From a virus: 64,000 bases of DNA. The DNA is taken from positions 23,012 through 87,011 of IMG/VR virus record IMGVR_UViG_3300033153_008530; one strand, written 5' to 3'. The position numbers were made by a program, and so were the translations under genes. The notes beneath the pieces are model-generated. The model had not been told where the DNA came from. It did no database searches and saw only the letters and a program-made list of their open reading frames with translations. Shown here one piece after another: positions 19,701 through 32,000 of the stretch (position 1 is the first letter of the stretch; each line of letters begins with the position of its first letter).

Positions 19701-22700
19701 GAAGCAGATTTGCTAATTCAAATCCAGAAAAATACATTGGCATATCTTTTCCAAATCTATTTATATGTCTTTGTATAGCTTCATTAACTAAAGGTCTAAA
19801 ATAATTTTCTTCTACAGTAAGTGCTTGAGATAACTGATTTAAATCTGTAGTTTTAACTTTTTCTATAGCTTTATCTCTCTCAACTTCAGCCTTTTGCATC
19901 TCTTCTAATAAAATATAGTCAAGCTCCTGTTTTTTCTTATCACTTATTTTAGTTCTTTTATTAATGATTACATTCTTTAAGGCAGCTGATAAAAAGATTT
20001 GTGCGTTATACTCAATGTTTGATGCATACTTAACAAACATATCTAGTGTCATATGCTTTTTTACATCATTTATTAATTTATGTTTTTTATTGGTTTGTTC
20101 ACTATATATTAGTTGTTGTTTAGCAAAATTTAACTCTTTATATACATGATCTTGATTTCTAATATTTGAAAATCTATTTATAATATTAATATTTGTTCCT
20201 AATTCATCAACTCTTGGTTTTTTTACTACATTTACTTCATAAAAGGGTCTGAATCTTGAATTTCTTTCTTTAAAATATGCGAAATGTTCAGCAAGAAAGT
20301 CATTTATCTTTGCATAAACTGATCCCTCAGTCACACCTTGAGGCGTGTTACCAAGTGCTAGTTGAACCCTATTTTTCCTATCATTCATCCCTACTATCCC
20401 AATATTATTAACCTCTTCAATTATCCTGATAACTTCATCACTTACTTCTTGAGGCATAATATTAAGAATACCACCTTTTCCACGTATTGATAAACTTGTA
20501 GGTTTATTTATGTAATCAAAAATATGTTTTTGAGTATATAATTCATCTACTTTTTTTCTTCTTCTTTTTATTTCTTTATTTACGTCTTCTATATTACCTA
20601 TATATTGAAGATCTTCTTCTAATATTTCTTTAAAGCGGTCAAATAGGTTTTTTTGAGCCTCTTTTGAAACTGTTTTTATTGATCTCTCTATCTGTAAATT
20701 TTTTACTGCTTCATCTATATTTGAAGGATCTATTTGTGAGATACTTATAGTCTTATTATAATAGTTCCTTATACCAATAGCGTGGCCTGCAGCAGATACT
20801 AAATAATTTAAACCTGTACTTATTGCTGGCCCATGCTGGGCAAAAAGCATGTCCCAATCAAAGCTAATACTCTCACTATTTAAGCTATCTAGCTTCTTTT
20901 TCCATCTTCTATTTAAATTAAATAAATGATCATCAAATTCTTCCTCAATTTTTTGATTTATATCTACATCATCATCTACTTTACTTTTAACTAATTCTCT
21001 TATATGTTCTATATGATCATTCTGTATTTCATGAAGAATTACAGCATCTTTTTGAGAAGATGAAGGGTCTGAATAAAAATATGTTAAAGTTGCAAAGGCT
21101 GAAGGAGAACCAAAATCATGCATATAAAAATGTCCTCCACGTTGCATGGCTTCTTTATTAAATATTATTGATATTTTTTCATGTAAAACTTGATCAACAT
21201 GAACAGGAGTACTTTCTTTTAATGTAGTTAATACTCCTGGATCTATCACATCCTGAGCATTAAGAGCTGTAATTAGAAACTGTCGTTCTTCATATGGTAA
21301 ATTTCTTATTTGATCTTCTGTAAGATTATTATAATGATCCATTTGTTCAACGGTTAAAGAGACATCAGCCTGTCTTCCCCCTGAATCTAATCTTGTAAAT
21401 GTGTTATTTACACCATAAGAAAGATGATCATTTTCATTCATAAAGGATAATAAATAATGAGCCTGCATGAATGCTTCTAATTCTTTAATTAATTCAATAC
21501 CTTTTATTGATTTTAATTTTGGATTTTCCTTTTTTATAAGATTAAGAATATCCTGATAAATACCTTTATCAAATTTTGGAAAACCTTCTAATTTAAGAGA
21601 CTGATTAAGTGGAATGGATCTATCCCCATATTTTTCAATAAATTCAGAAACACTTCTTAATGAGGGTACTTTCTCTATATATTTTTTAGAAGTCTCTAAC
21701 CTCTTTACTAGAGTTGGATCAACTTTCTTTTTTAAATCTTTACTTGCATCAAAAGATAATCTAAAGTGTTTTCTAATGTTAGGAGCTGCCAAAGTGGATT
21801 TAATTATTTTATTTATTGTTTTTGGAAGATACCTTGTTCTCTTTTTAAATTGATTATTAAGTTTCTTTATAATAGCAGATGATTCAATAACTAAATCATT
21901 ATTTTCTTTTTCTACAACAGCCTGGTATGACAACATACTTTCATGGAGAGATCCATACATTTTGTGATACTCATCAAAAGTCATTAGATCTGTTAAATCT
22001 GATGTAAGTATTCTATATGCTGCATGATCCCATAGATTATTATCTTCATCTTTTAATTCAGCCGTTAAAGATCTCCATGAACTAAATAAATCCTTAAACC
22101 ATTTAATAAATGCTTTTAAGAAACTATAGTCTTCAGGTGTTGCAGCTTTTTTGTTTTGTACTCTCTCTATGGCATCAGCAATTAACTGACCTATTGATTC
22201 TTCTGTAAGTGTATCTAGTAATTCTGAGGACACGTTAGAAGGGTCAATCACTGGTGTATCGCCTGAATACACATCCTTATATGATACATCTTTTAGTAAT
22301 TCTTGTAATTTATCAGATCTTTTTGCAGCCTCCCAGAGTTCTTTCTTTAATCCAGAATCTTCTTTTAACAATCTATAAAAAAAATGCGCTGCTTCTTCAG
22401 GGACCTTATCCCATGCTTTCTTTCTTTTTGTAATCTCATCTACAATGTCAACAGAACCATTCATAAAGTTGGCCACAGCTAATGCAGATTTTACTACATC
22501 CCCTCTCTCAGATAATATTCTGGGAACTAAGTTTATGTCAACTCCAAGTTTTTCTAAGAACTGTTGAACAACGTCTATTGTACCAGAATAAAATCTCCAG
22601 TTATCTTTATATTCATTTTTTAGGATACCAAACAAACTAGTTTGATCTGTAGTCTCTACTATCTTATCTAATTCACTGTTAGTTAATGCAGGTTTAGTAT

Positions 22701-23043
22701 CTTCAAAATCTTCAACAATATGTAAATATAGCTTTTCAGTTAAGTCTTTTCCAATATAACTTGTGAATATAGGGTCATTAAATAGCTTATCATTAGCCGC
22801 CTCTATTATAATTCTAGATGGCGTATTAGGTGTAAAAGCGTCTCTAGATTCTTCATCCACATATTGATCTAAAAGTAATGCAGCCTCATTAAAATTATTC
22901 TCTAAAAAATTCTGATATAATGAAATTTTAGGTTCTACTATCTCATTGTTTCTTCCCCAGCTCTTCCAAGCTCCATCATCTTTTAGAATCTCAACTGACT
23001 TTTTCCATTCTCGTGTGTTTGTATTTGGACATGTTGCTCCCAT
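13783..23043 (-). CDS. Giant virion/ejected protein (3086 aa) with two zincin-like regions
   Basis: HEFAH..EE (near 18850), degenerate EEAAH..EE (near 22390), LHEIQND motif (near 21020), C-terminal hydrophobic helix; directly downstream of the vRNAP gene. Confidence 0.75.
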   Translation of the reverse strand: MGATCPNTNTREWKKSVEILKDDGAWKSWGRNNEIVEPKISLYQNFLENNFNEAALLLDQYVDEESRDAFTPNTPSRIIIEAANDKLFNDPIFTSYIGKDLTEKLYLHIVEDFEDTKPALTNSELDKIVETTDQTSLFGILKNEYKDNWRFYSGTIDVVQQFLEKLGVDINLVPRILSERGDVVKSALAVANFMNGSVDIVDEITKRKKAWDKVPEEAAHFFYRLLKEDSGLKKELWEAAKRSDKLQELLKDVSYKDVYSGDTPVIDPSNVSSELLDTLTEESIGQLIADAIERVQNKKAATPEDYSFLKAFIKWFKDLFSSWRSLTAELKDEDNNLWDHAAYRILTSDLTDLMTFDEYHKMYGSLHESMLSYQAVVEKENNDLVIESSAIIKKLNNQFKKRTRYLPKTINKIIKSTLAAPNIRKHFRLSFDASKDLKKKVDPTLVKRLETSKKYIEKVPSLRSVSEFIEKYGDRSIPLNQSLKLEGFPKFDKGIYQDILNLIKKENPKLKSIKGIELIKELEAFMQAHYLLSFMNENDHLSYGVNNTFTRLDSGGRQADVSLTVEQMDHYNNLTEDQIRNLPYEERQFLITALNAQDVIDPGVLTTLKESTPVHVDQVLHEKISIIFNKEAMQRGGHFYMHDFGSPSAFATLTYFYSDPSSSQKDAVILHEIQNDHIEHIRELVKSKVDDDVDINQKIEEEFDDHLFNLNRRWKKKLDSLNSESISFDWDMLFAQHGPAISTGLNYLVSAAGHAIGIRNYYNKTISISQIDPSNIDEAVKNLQIERSIKTVSKEAQKNLFDRFKEILEEDLQYIGNIEDVNKEIKRRRKKVDELYTQKHIFDYINKPTSLSIRGKGGILNIMPQEVSDEVIRIIEEVNNIGIVGMNDRKNRVQLALGNTPQGVTEGSVYAKINDFLAEHFAYFKERNSRFRPFYEVNVVKKPRVDELGTNINIINRFSNIRNQDHVYKELNFAKQQLIYSEQTNKKHKLINDVKKHMTLDMFVKYASNIEYNAQIFLSAALKNVIINKRTKISDKKKQELDYILLEEMQKAEVERDKAIEKVKTTDLNQLSQALTVEENYFRPLVNEAIQRHINRFGKDMPMYFSGFELANLLQSSKQTALIYAGPEEVAQFVAFESFEFGAEKYTAFLEDGKQPVYRENGEKISKKDYTKKYNQVKQEKVDNIIRQIFDKLYDEDPVTFDMMEINFPRTIEDIKKALNIYKYKDNSKMVKYVKALFAETNNQPLTTGALYNTLSSMPGIKLKYVHKISGIKNDAGGYLVDLSNYNYKNPLMYGLEESTTEETVVEAILEEKDPEVAPIEMDVESQKKLKAKEILYKLANHLSINLGIPFNVITSEQAVDLLKNTIYPYEGQNAFFFDGKVFLVGDNASLQDVLHEFAHPLVRSIGAQNPRLFNKIYEDLVKTKEGKEIIENLKEEYDETYKYFKEEAIVRALAEKSKVNTEDLKAPSAFQKVINKIVFALKQLLRKVFGKVKIENLSENTTLSELADMLVSEQFQIDTEIITDKDVAAYASNLNKFSDSLANLKNSDLLQITNAYYDTVSRQIKEVLNNKNYEAMKEILATEEGRGYLSGIQKSLRNYQTMENLSAENLEKEMMKLSEDVDYVRQHQESLVTNMLQTRDMLVKINDHLDEISRDPNNKDNLQKAFYYKEIIKYWDQFDKDLTSIIEQLNKEGKSINRRSPFFDIIKDIRTEITHAQETIKGIYLYGLQDALMEQLEPMLENIKIRYEELKKHAEEVRPEGKARDKYLKKLKADFDKLNLTKPQMLKTLKGELGDAHWANSFFEGFMYNADPVISSLAVFVKNAISDIIVKTNKETNGFLKIMEADIKAANVSMNPRAIGEKTTFVDILLKRVETEEGEVTWEEREIYTFLNPFIGNRKAYQEHLNAIQQAKNDAVETGNKTGIIDASNKFRKFLRDYYWRPFTQVYYDRQQVFDTPAGQKAWTGRQQILEALSNLDRIAGNETQKIENLDDKKALLRQLRQLSSLTDLNGNRKIAGAKDAHNDLDVAMILKQYNEDSRKFFEYTESPNLWQRKYEDYRTELEGFGLNEDEIKVKLEEWVTNNTRVQVKKEFYDTRADISARLSELISKLPEETQEKLDLSDIYTQIFDSIGPYKDVDGQPEGTDMADKLIAHIKALQEELIEAKERVAGYSGLTLQEKEEFDEIQYKLKNDIQPTQSEIDRWSVLRKIMDEGMSIDPITGEKVKIGLNKFERSELFSLFGELNELQHKEPTEYYLDIINNYLSKVDTTDMILKLKTNEVTKANVAAFLNNRSLVLKMLSQDDKFKDWFDKNHIDKKVYDKASESHVKRYDIVYAWTVVRPNDEEYYETTIIRDKEGKQIGDPIVGVPTFEYFDRKVKDSYVDEETGETIQLKTPKIVGETVDNRGRWLPKEGKDLAPGVPDIFRNEDYFRIKREDPERFKLIEKLVKASLDFQSDSEEESRLYLDVPRLPMSNFEYLKAKGTGKKAYSKVKTIWQGIKDFFVETEYDHYNDLNYDETDNLTNAGLFDKTVNIPVKGIYDIPLDQVSLDVVKALIIYNQSLNEQSKKTEINPVAAALRDTLHDPANQIKEIQKQNFLNKGMFTYRNKKDKNVRAMMVNGFYEREFEGQTLTGLGKDNNTLHKTVNAIMGRASFAFFALNIPSALKNRYGAMFQATIETTAGRYMTPISYAKGRVWSAATAIEMSAQIYKRGPKTHKLQLMDEYDAVQGRTESKLGDSSSRGFLMDAIGTSWMYSPRKWMEIEATLQTFAGMMEHQKVKLKDGTEISLLHAYETVDQQIKLRDDVEDKSWDLGGTKFHQMKNRIHMVNNNLQGAYSKFDQPEAQRYLAFRMVSFLRRYFVPMMVNRWSYKGSWKDPQERYNIGLGESSMGYYVRSMKWLGRGLKSGGKEMMYATPEEKQALMKTGVEVAMLSSLVLLMALLYGWDPDDEEKYKKLRTKQGKDEDFQWTGWMANHGLWLLMNIRAENEQFIPLPGYGLGDLLQLKNVTSVVFGPTLDGYGKLVVDFYQSLTGDDRRFYQQDVGPYSWQKQGSAKAWNHFFKLFGITGSSIDPANAVKNHNAIRQRFR

Positions 23044-23044
23044 A

Positions 23045-26000
23045 TTATGCTAAACATTTGTTTTTTAATTCTTGAATTTCATAATCACTAATAGGTTGAT
23101 CTTTTTGGATTATGGCTCTTATACTGGTAGATCTTAATGATCCAGGATTAATATAACCAAATTTATCATAAAGTTTACTAGATAAGTGAACATATGTTTT
23201 TCTTGATTTTACATTATCTAACAATTCTTTACCATATCCAGTTTTAATTAAGGCAATAGAATTGTTTCCCTTCATTAAATTAGCTATCTTATCAATAGCA
23301 TTATCAATTAAGATCTTGTTTTCTTCTAATGTTTCATCAGTCATCATCTTTCCATCGTTTATTAATGGGATACCAAGACTGTTATCAAACTCACTTAATG
23401 ATTCATCTCTTCCTTTTTTTCCTCTCTCATTATATATAAAGGTTACTCCACCACTCTGAGTTGCTAAAACTTCATATTTACTTGATGATGTTTGTGCATC
23501 ATATATATAAACATCTTTAGTTTTATACTTTTTTAAGGGTATTCCTTCTTTAACTGGTACTTTCTGCTCAGATGTCATGGTACTTGCCAAAGTTTTATCA
23601 ATCATATAATTTTTAGAGCGCATGTTTAATGATTTAGTTATTGCCCTATTCATTGTTATCATTCTATTTGTATAAAGTGTAAGAATCTCTTCATTTAGAT
23701 TCTTAATATATGATTCATAAGGACCTTTAAGAAGTAATAATATATTACGTTGATCAATAATCCTAGTCATTGAGAGTGGGCTCTTTGTATTTAACCCGGA
23801 TTGTAAGAAGGCGTAGTAGTTAAATCTCTGAAAGAAGTTAGTTATTTTTAATTTATCCTCTGGATCATCTATTTTTATTTCACTTGGATTACTAAGTTCT
23901 AGTAGATTCTCATGATAAACCTCTACTGTATCTGGGTCTAAAACAGTTTCTTTCAGTTTCAAGTTCTTTATTCTTTCACCAGGCTTTGCTTTTGATTGGA
24001 TAATACTTTCCATTAATGGATAATCTCTTGATAATGAGGGATATTTAGCTTTAATATCCATAAACTGATTAACCATACTATTATGTCCATAGAACATATT
24101 TCTAATATTAAGAGTATTGTCAAGAGCTTTGTCACGTAGTATCTCTTCGTAAGTGAGTAATTTCATTCTCTTCTCATACATGTTATCAGTTTCTCCTTCT
24201 TGTCTTTCTGTTTCAATAGAATCAACTTGATTCATGTTTCTCTTAAGTTTTTCTTTAAATTCTTCTTTTTTACTTTCTTCTTTAAAAGAAATAATACTTC
24301 TTAAGTATTCTCTTTCATATATAAATTTGTAAAATTCTTTTTCACTTAAAACATCTCTTGTTTTAAAAGCATCTGGAGTGAGAAGAGCATGTCCTGATAA
24401 CACCCATTCTTTCTTTACACCTTTTCCTTCTTTGTTAATCTTCTGCACCCATCTAACTCTTTTATTTTGGTCTGCATATGTTTTGTTCTTAAACATATCA
24501 TTAAGAGCTTCTTTGTTAACATATAATACATTATCTTTTACATAAGCGCCTACAGTTAATACATCTACTTCTTCAACTCCAATCTTATCATTAACTGTTA
24601 GACTTCTATATTCTTTTGTATTCTTATTAAAACCTTTTATTGAATTTTGGAATATAAAGCTTACAAGATCATTTTTCCATGCAGCAACAAACTTCTCTTG
24701 TTCATTCTGACCATAGGTTGTTCTTACTGCACCTTTTCCAGCGGCTGTATCCAAAAAGTCATATAAGAATTTATTAACTAATTCATGATTACGAAGTGGG
24801 AAATATTTACTCCATACCTCTTCTTGAAAGTCAGGTACTGAGGCAAATGAAGATATTGGACTTTCTGTAAGCAATCTATCTAAAGGTCCTCTTGGAAACA
24901 ATCCATATTTGTTAATTGTTCTCATGTTTCTTCTTCTCTCCTGAACATTATATAAAGAGGCTGCGGGATCTGTATCTAAATTTGTATTAAGTTTTACATC
25001 ACGTACAGAACCAGCTATTAATTCTAACTCAATAAAGTGTAAGAATGCATCTCGTGCTGTATCATTAACAGTTCCATTTAATGCAATCTCTTTAAGTTTA
25101 GCAGGATTAAAGTTTGATGTACGTCTCTGAGCTGTAAGAAGTATGTTTGGTACACTAGGTGTATTCGTTGCATCTAACCCTAATGTGGAATAATTATCAA
25201 ATCCATTACGTGCAATTACATTTACCTTTGCTTGATATCTAGTATACTGAGTTTCATCAGGGGCCATTCCTAGAGGCATTGAAAATGAGCTACTCATAAT
25301 TCTCTGTTCCTTTACGTACTCTTTTATAAGAGGATTAGAAAGGAACATAACTGCGTCAGTCAATGATACACCTGATTCAACTAATAATAATAATATAGGT
25401 GTTAACTCAGTATTACCCTGAAGATGAAAAATCCAAGGATCTTTTTCAACATCAACCCAACCATTTATTAATTGTTCTAGTATTTGAGCTATTTCAACAC
25501 CGTCTACATTATTTATATTAGATAAAGATATTACGTCATTCTTACCAACTTTAAAAGTATTATGATCTAATAAGATTCTTGTATTAAACTCACTCTTGTC
25601 TCTCATAAAAGTTGGCATTAAATACATACCTACTCTATTAAATAATGCATTATAAGTATTTGCAATTGCTCCTTGTCCTAATGTCTTTTTACCAACGTTA
25701 AAGGCCTCATGAATATCTGTATTAAATCCTATTTCTAATATTTTTGTATGACTAATGTTTTCTGCTTCTTCACCACGTATCTGATCTACAACATCCATTG
25801 CAAGATGATTTGAGTTTGGACGAACAAGACTTATAAAGTTATGTGGTAATTCAAGAATTTCTTTCATCTTATACATTATCTCATTCTCCACTCCTCTAAC
25901 ACCTTCAGTAGATAAAATTACTTCACCTTCTTTATTTCTTCTAATATTAGGCATCATTATAGTTAACTTGTCTATGTCAAAATCAGAACCTGATTTAGAA

Positions 26001-29000
26001 ACAATTTCTGATGGTGGAATAATTATGTTACCTGCGGATTCTGGTAAAAACTCATATACTTCCATGAACTCTGCGGAGTTAAGACCCTGAACTGGAATAC
26101 GCACACCCACCATGGTGATTAGTTTCCTATTATCATCTCTATTTAACCACTGTTCATCTTTGATCATTTCATTAAGCCTAAGTCTTGTTTTTATTCTTTC
26201 ACCATCATTATGTGTTAATCCTAATAATTTAATAAAACCACCTTGTAAAGCTATTTTAACTTTCATAGCAGATATGGTCTTACGTATATTACCTTCTGCG
26301 TCAAACATTGAGTATGTAGGTAGATCACTTGATCCCCACTTTGCAATTTCTGCATCTGTAGGATTAGTGAAATTTCTATCAGCGGGGGTGGCCTCATTGT
26401 TTGTAAATAGAGCAGTTGATATCTGAACTAACATTTGTCCATTAACTTTTTGTCTAACAAGCTGTTTATTAACTACTGCAAAAAGAATATTCTCAATACT
26501 CTCTGCATTAACTGACATTCCAAATGGAAATACTAAGTCTCCTTTATCATCAACTTCTAATACATCAAGTTCAGATGCTGTTATATCTTTTCTTTCAAGA
26601 TTTGGTATGATAACTTTATTTAGAAGATCCTGAAGATTTCCTTCTAATTTACCTTTTTCATTATATGACCATCCTGCATCTTTAAGTAATTGATCTTTCT
26701 TATACTTCATTAACTTATCTAATAACTCCTCGTATTCTTTATATTTAGAAAAGTAATCAGATTCATCCTTCATTACTTGTAAACCCTTTTTCTCAATCTT
26801 CTTCCATTCAACACGTCTCTTTGTAAGGCTTGTACCGGGCATAAAGTCAATTGGTACGCCACCTTCAACTAAACCAGTTTCAATTAGTTTTCTAAGCTGA
26901 GTAGAGAATGTTACTTTAGTTTTATGCTTTGAATCAATATCTAATTGATCTTTTAGAAATTCCAAAAACATAACATTAGGTGTATATTGATCTGCAGATT
27001 CAACAGACTTAAAGATCCTTTTTATGGGGTCTGCATAAACTTCATCATAAGTTCCATCTTTTGTAATAGTACTTATTTTTGAACCTGATTCAAATAATGC
27101 ATAATCAAATTTTTGATCAACTAAACTATCATGAAGATCTTGTAATCTAGTATTCTCTATAACGTTTGGTATAAGAGGCATTAAAGAGAACTTATGACCA
27201 GCTATAACTGGTAAACCATCTGTTTTTAAGGGCCCAAAATATTGTACTTTCTTTGGTGGAAAAAATTCTGTTACAAGTCTTGGATCAACATACTCACCAG
27301 CAACAATTTTTTTATAAAGTTGTTCTTGTGTATTACTCCATTTTCCTATTGCAAACTGATATATCCTATATGCATCAAATGTAATCCAACCTTGACCATC
27401 ACCTTCGTTCATTTCTTTGTAAGGTTTTATAGCATGGTAAACCGCATTCTCTAATTTTTTACCTTTTAATTCTGCTACAGTGCTATAATAATCTCTAAAC
27501 GCTTTTTCATATTCTTTAACATATACTGAAGATACTATATGATCCTGAAATACTGCTGACTTAAATGTACCATCAAAGTCTTTATCTTTTATCCCTCTTT
27601 TTATACTGTAATCACCCTTCATATTATTTCTAATATAATTGATAATTGCCTGATCAGTTCTAGGGAAACGTCCTGTTGATGCAACCATTTTGTTTCTCTT
27701 AAAGAACTCCATTCCATTCTTATATTGGGCAGGATCTCCATAAAAGAAAATTAACGTTTCAAAATCACGTATCCATTTATTATAAACAAAAGACTCAAAT
27801 ATTGCTTCTCTTATTTGTGGAGTTGTTGCACTGTGATTCTGATAAGATATTTGTTTTATCAATGAATCAGATATATAGTTAAGATCTCTATATCTTTCAG
27901 TAACATCTTTTACTTGACTATTAAAATACTTAGTTATTTCATCATGTAATCTATTATATAAATCCTGATTAGTTTTTAATTCCTCAAGTAGTTCAACATT
28001 AAGATCTTTTAGTTCTTTCTTTAAAGGATTTGAAAGAATCTTGTCAAATATTGAAAACTCTTTAGCTCTTTTATTATAACCAGGTACATTTTTTACTTGA
28101 TCTGCTTTATTAATTCTAGTTAATTCAGCTTGTATATAAGGAATAATTATTTCTACTGCCTTATCTTCCCCAGTATTTGTAAAGAAATCTTTAGTGTCAA
28201 CATATAAATGCTTATCACTTCCTAATGTGTGAGCTTCAGATATACCTGCAGAATAAGCGCTCCCAGCAGAAGCATGTCTTAATAACTCAGGAGATCCTGA
28301 GACTGGTGTACCACTTAACAGTGTATAATGAAGATCTGTGATTAGTTTTGTATGCTTGTCTGCCTCTACAGTAGTTGAGCTATATCCAATATCTGTAATA
28401 AGATTATCTACTACCATCTGGTTTCCAGATAGATTATTTAAATCTAGTGTAACACCTTTTCTTTTAATACCACCATTTTCAAAATCAAATAAAGAATTTA
28501 ACCATTGTGATGTGCTTTTATTTTGCCCGTTTTCATCCTGATAAATATACGTCCATGGATTACGTTTTGATGAAAGATAAGACATAAAAGGTTTATTAAT
28601 TAACTCATTAAAGGACTTTGAGTCATTAATTTCATTGATAATCACACTTAGCGAACTTTGAAGTGAATATTCATATTGGATATCACCTAATGCATTTGTA
28701 ACAGCTGCAGAAGAATATTTATCTGAGTATTTTAACTGTAATAAAGCTAACTCTTTAAGATTCCCTTTATGACCTTTATGTACAACTCTCCCTTTTTCAA
28801 TTATATCATATTCTAAAGCTTCAATAATATTTCTTACTTTAGTACCTTTTTCATTAAAATATTTTAATCTTTTTACTATTTCCTCAACAAACACTCTGTA
28901 TCTACTCTTACTATTAATATTTTGTTTTAATTTTATATTTCTTGTATCAAGATCAATTCCAATATCTCTTAAGAATACAAACGGATTACCTGATGGAGAT

Positions 29001-32000
29001 GCAAATTTTTTCATGACAGAATTTATGTCAAGATAATTTCCTTCTGTATCTGGTTTTATGTGTGGAGACTCTTTTGTTGTTGCAAAAGAATTCATCCAAT
29101 CAAATCTTATTCTTCTCCAATTTGCAGAGGCATTCCCAATTTTATCCGTGTATGACCATGCATTTTCTGTATCTCCAAATGCACCTTCCCTTGTTAAAAG
29201 TGTTCTATCCATTGTGTATTGGACCAATGGAATTCTTGTTCTGTTAAACGCTTCAACAAATTTATTCCATAACATGGCATCATAGTATGTCTCATGACCA
29301 GGAGTTTCATCACCTTTTTCATTTATAACAACAGGTTTACCAAGGCGCTCTATAAGTTGTTTATAAACTGGAAAGTCTTGAGAATCCTCTTCTAATAGAT
29401 CATATATTTTATTTGAGTCTCTTACTCCCTGTAATAGAGATAATGTATGTTCCCAAGTTACTTTAAAGTTTGAAAGCTTTTTTACACCAAGTTTGTTATA
29501 CACACCGTCAGGATCTTGTGGTGTCACTTCAAAGAGAGTCCTTAAAAGATAAAGCACCTCATTTGAAGCTAAATCTTTTACTGAAAGTTCATTACCTTTT
29601 CTGTCATGACCTTTAATTTTGTTAGATGTCTCCTCTTCAGAAAATTCTGTAATGAATTTATCCTCAAGATTTAAGATTTCAGTTCGTTTTTGATGAAAGG
29701 CAATAACACCTTTAGTTTGTTTTTTAGTTATGAATGATTCAAAGTCACCAAAATTATCAATTGCAAATGTCAATAGATCTATACTATTCTTTGTTACTAT
29801 ATCCTGTGGCTTCTTTTCTTCTTTTGTTCTAAGTTCATTTAGTCTTTCTATGACATATTCATATGCAGTATTTAATCCTGTCTTACTTGATAATAATTTG
29901 CTTATAGCTGCACGTCCTTTCCCGCTTACAATAAACTCTCTATTAGCTTTATCTATAAGTTCTCCAATTAATGAATCAACTGTTTCACTGATTAAAATAG
30001 AATCAGTAAAAGATATTTGTTCGTCATTAAGTCCTTTTATACCACCCTTATCAAGCTTTGCAAACATCATATTATTTAGAGATGGCGTATAATCATTTAT
30101 GTCACCAATATATAATTTGTCATAAAGATCTTTAACTCCTTCAACACTTTGTTGATCAATAACAACTTGGTCAAGAGTTGAATTTCCAAATAGTTGTTTT
30201 AGAAAGTCTAATATCTTTTGGAAAATAGTCTTGGCAGCTGGCGTATTTATTTTACGCTTGCCGTCTGAAAGTACATATAACCTAAAATCTTCAGCTAAAT
30301 ATTCTTCTAACATATAATCAGAAGCCTTTTTAAAACTGATTTTATCACCTAAATAATTTGTAAATGTTCCACTTCTCTTCTTTAAACTATCATATAGATC
30401 TCTTTTTTGTTCAACTGTAAGATACATTTGACTAAATCCGTGCCATGCCTCATGATAGAGATCTGTATAATTAGAACCTTTGTATAATATTATTCCGTTT
30501 TTAGTAAATTCTGCAAAGTTTTTGGAATTGACTATATTGAACGCAGCCTGGTATGGAAGATTTTCTCGCATTGGATGGTTGTTATACCACTCTTCAGCAT
30601 CTCTTATTTGTTTTTTAGTAGCTGCATTATTAATATTTTTGTTTTTATCTAACTTAAGAAATCTATTAAGTGCACTGTCCCTGTTATTGTCAGTGGGATT
30701 TTTCGTGACTGCATTGTAATCTTTAAGAATATTTTGAGTTAACTCATCTTCTAATTCTTGTTCTTCTAATTTAATTACTACAGCGGAGCTCTTTTTAATA
30801 TTTGGGATTTCTCTTCTCTTTATGAAATCATCTGCATTATCTTTATTACCAAATCTACCTTCAATTCTTTTATTACTTGAGGGAACCTGGATTACATAAT
30901 CAGCATGCTCAATAAAATTATACGTACCAGTCAAAATAACTTTACCTTCTTCTTTTAGATCTTTTATTTGCCCTAAGACATCATCTTGTACAAGCTTGTA
31001 ACTTACACCGCTATCTTTTTTCCAATATTCTAAAATAAAATTCTTATCCTTTTTCACTTTAAAATCAGGATCTCTTCTTTTTATTTCAGCTTTTAGTAGT
31101 TCATCCGCATCAATAACACCTTCCATTGTTGGGACAAAAGTAGTCTTACCTGCTCCAGGAGTTGCATAGATTAATTTACCCGTGTATTTTGATTTAGATT
31201 TTTTACCAGCTTTTGGAGTTGAAATAGAAGGATAAGTTGCTGTGTTCTCTAATACTTCACCAGGTTTATATTCAGTGTATATATCATATATGGATTTCTT
31301 TTTTAATGGTATAGTTAAAGAACCATCAGAAGATTTTGGAGATTCAGCTGTTGAATATTCTCTCTTACCAATCCCCTTATTTCTTATTAATTTAGTTGTA
31401 ACTGGAAATATTTTAAGTGTATCTAATACTATTCCTGTACGTTGTCTGAATAACTCAGCGTAGGCATTTAGTTGAATCTCGTCTTGAGCTTGATAATTAT
31501 ATTGTTTGGTTTTATAGGCAATACGTCTATTAAGACCAGATGTTTTAAGATCTACAAGATGAAAGGTTTTATTCTTTTCATGATATAATAACATGTCAAT
31601 TGTACCAGCATAATTAACATTTCCAAGTGTCCCCCATAGGGTTGGTATCTCAGTATATATTCTATAATTCTTCTTAAGTCTTTTCTTTGCCTCAGCATAT
31701 ACATCATAGAGTTCACCTAAAAACACATCTGAAAATACCTCAGTATTTTTTCTTTCAGGGTGTTCAACATACATTTTTTTAAAAGCCTTATATGATGTTA
31801 TCTGATCAGATAATGTAGCTCTAAATAAATCATCAGCAATTGTACCTCTTGTACGTGCTTGTCCTTCATCTCTAGGAGCATCAGCTGGATACGGAATAAG
31901 ATCTCCTTTAAAGGCGCTTACTCTTCTAAATGATTCTCTAGCTTCATCTATATAAAATTCAGAATCTTTTTTATTTACAGTTAATTTCTTTTCTGAAAGT

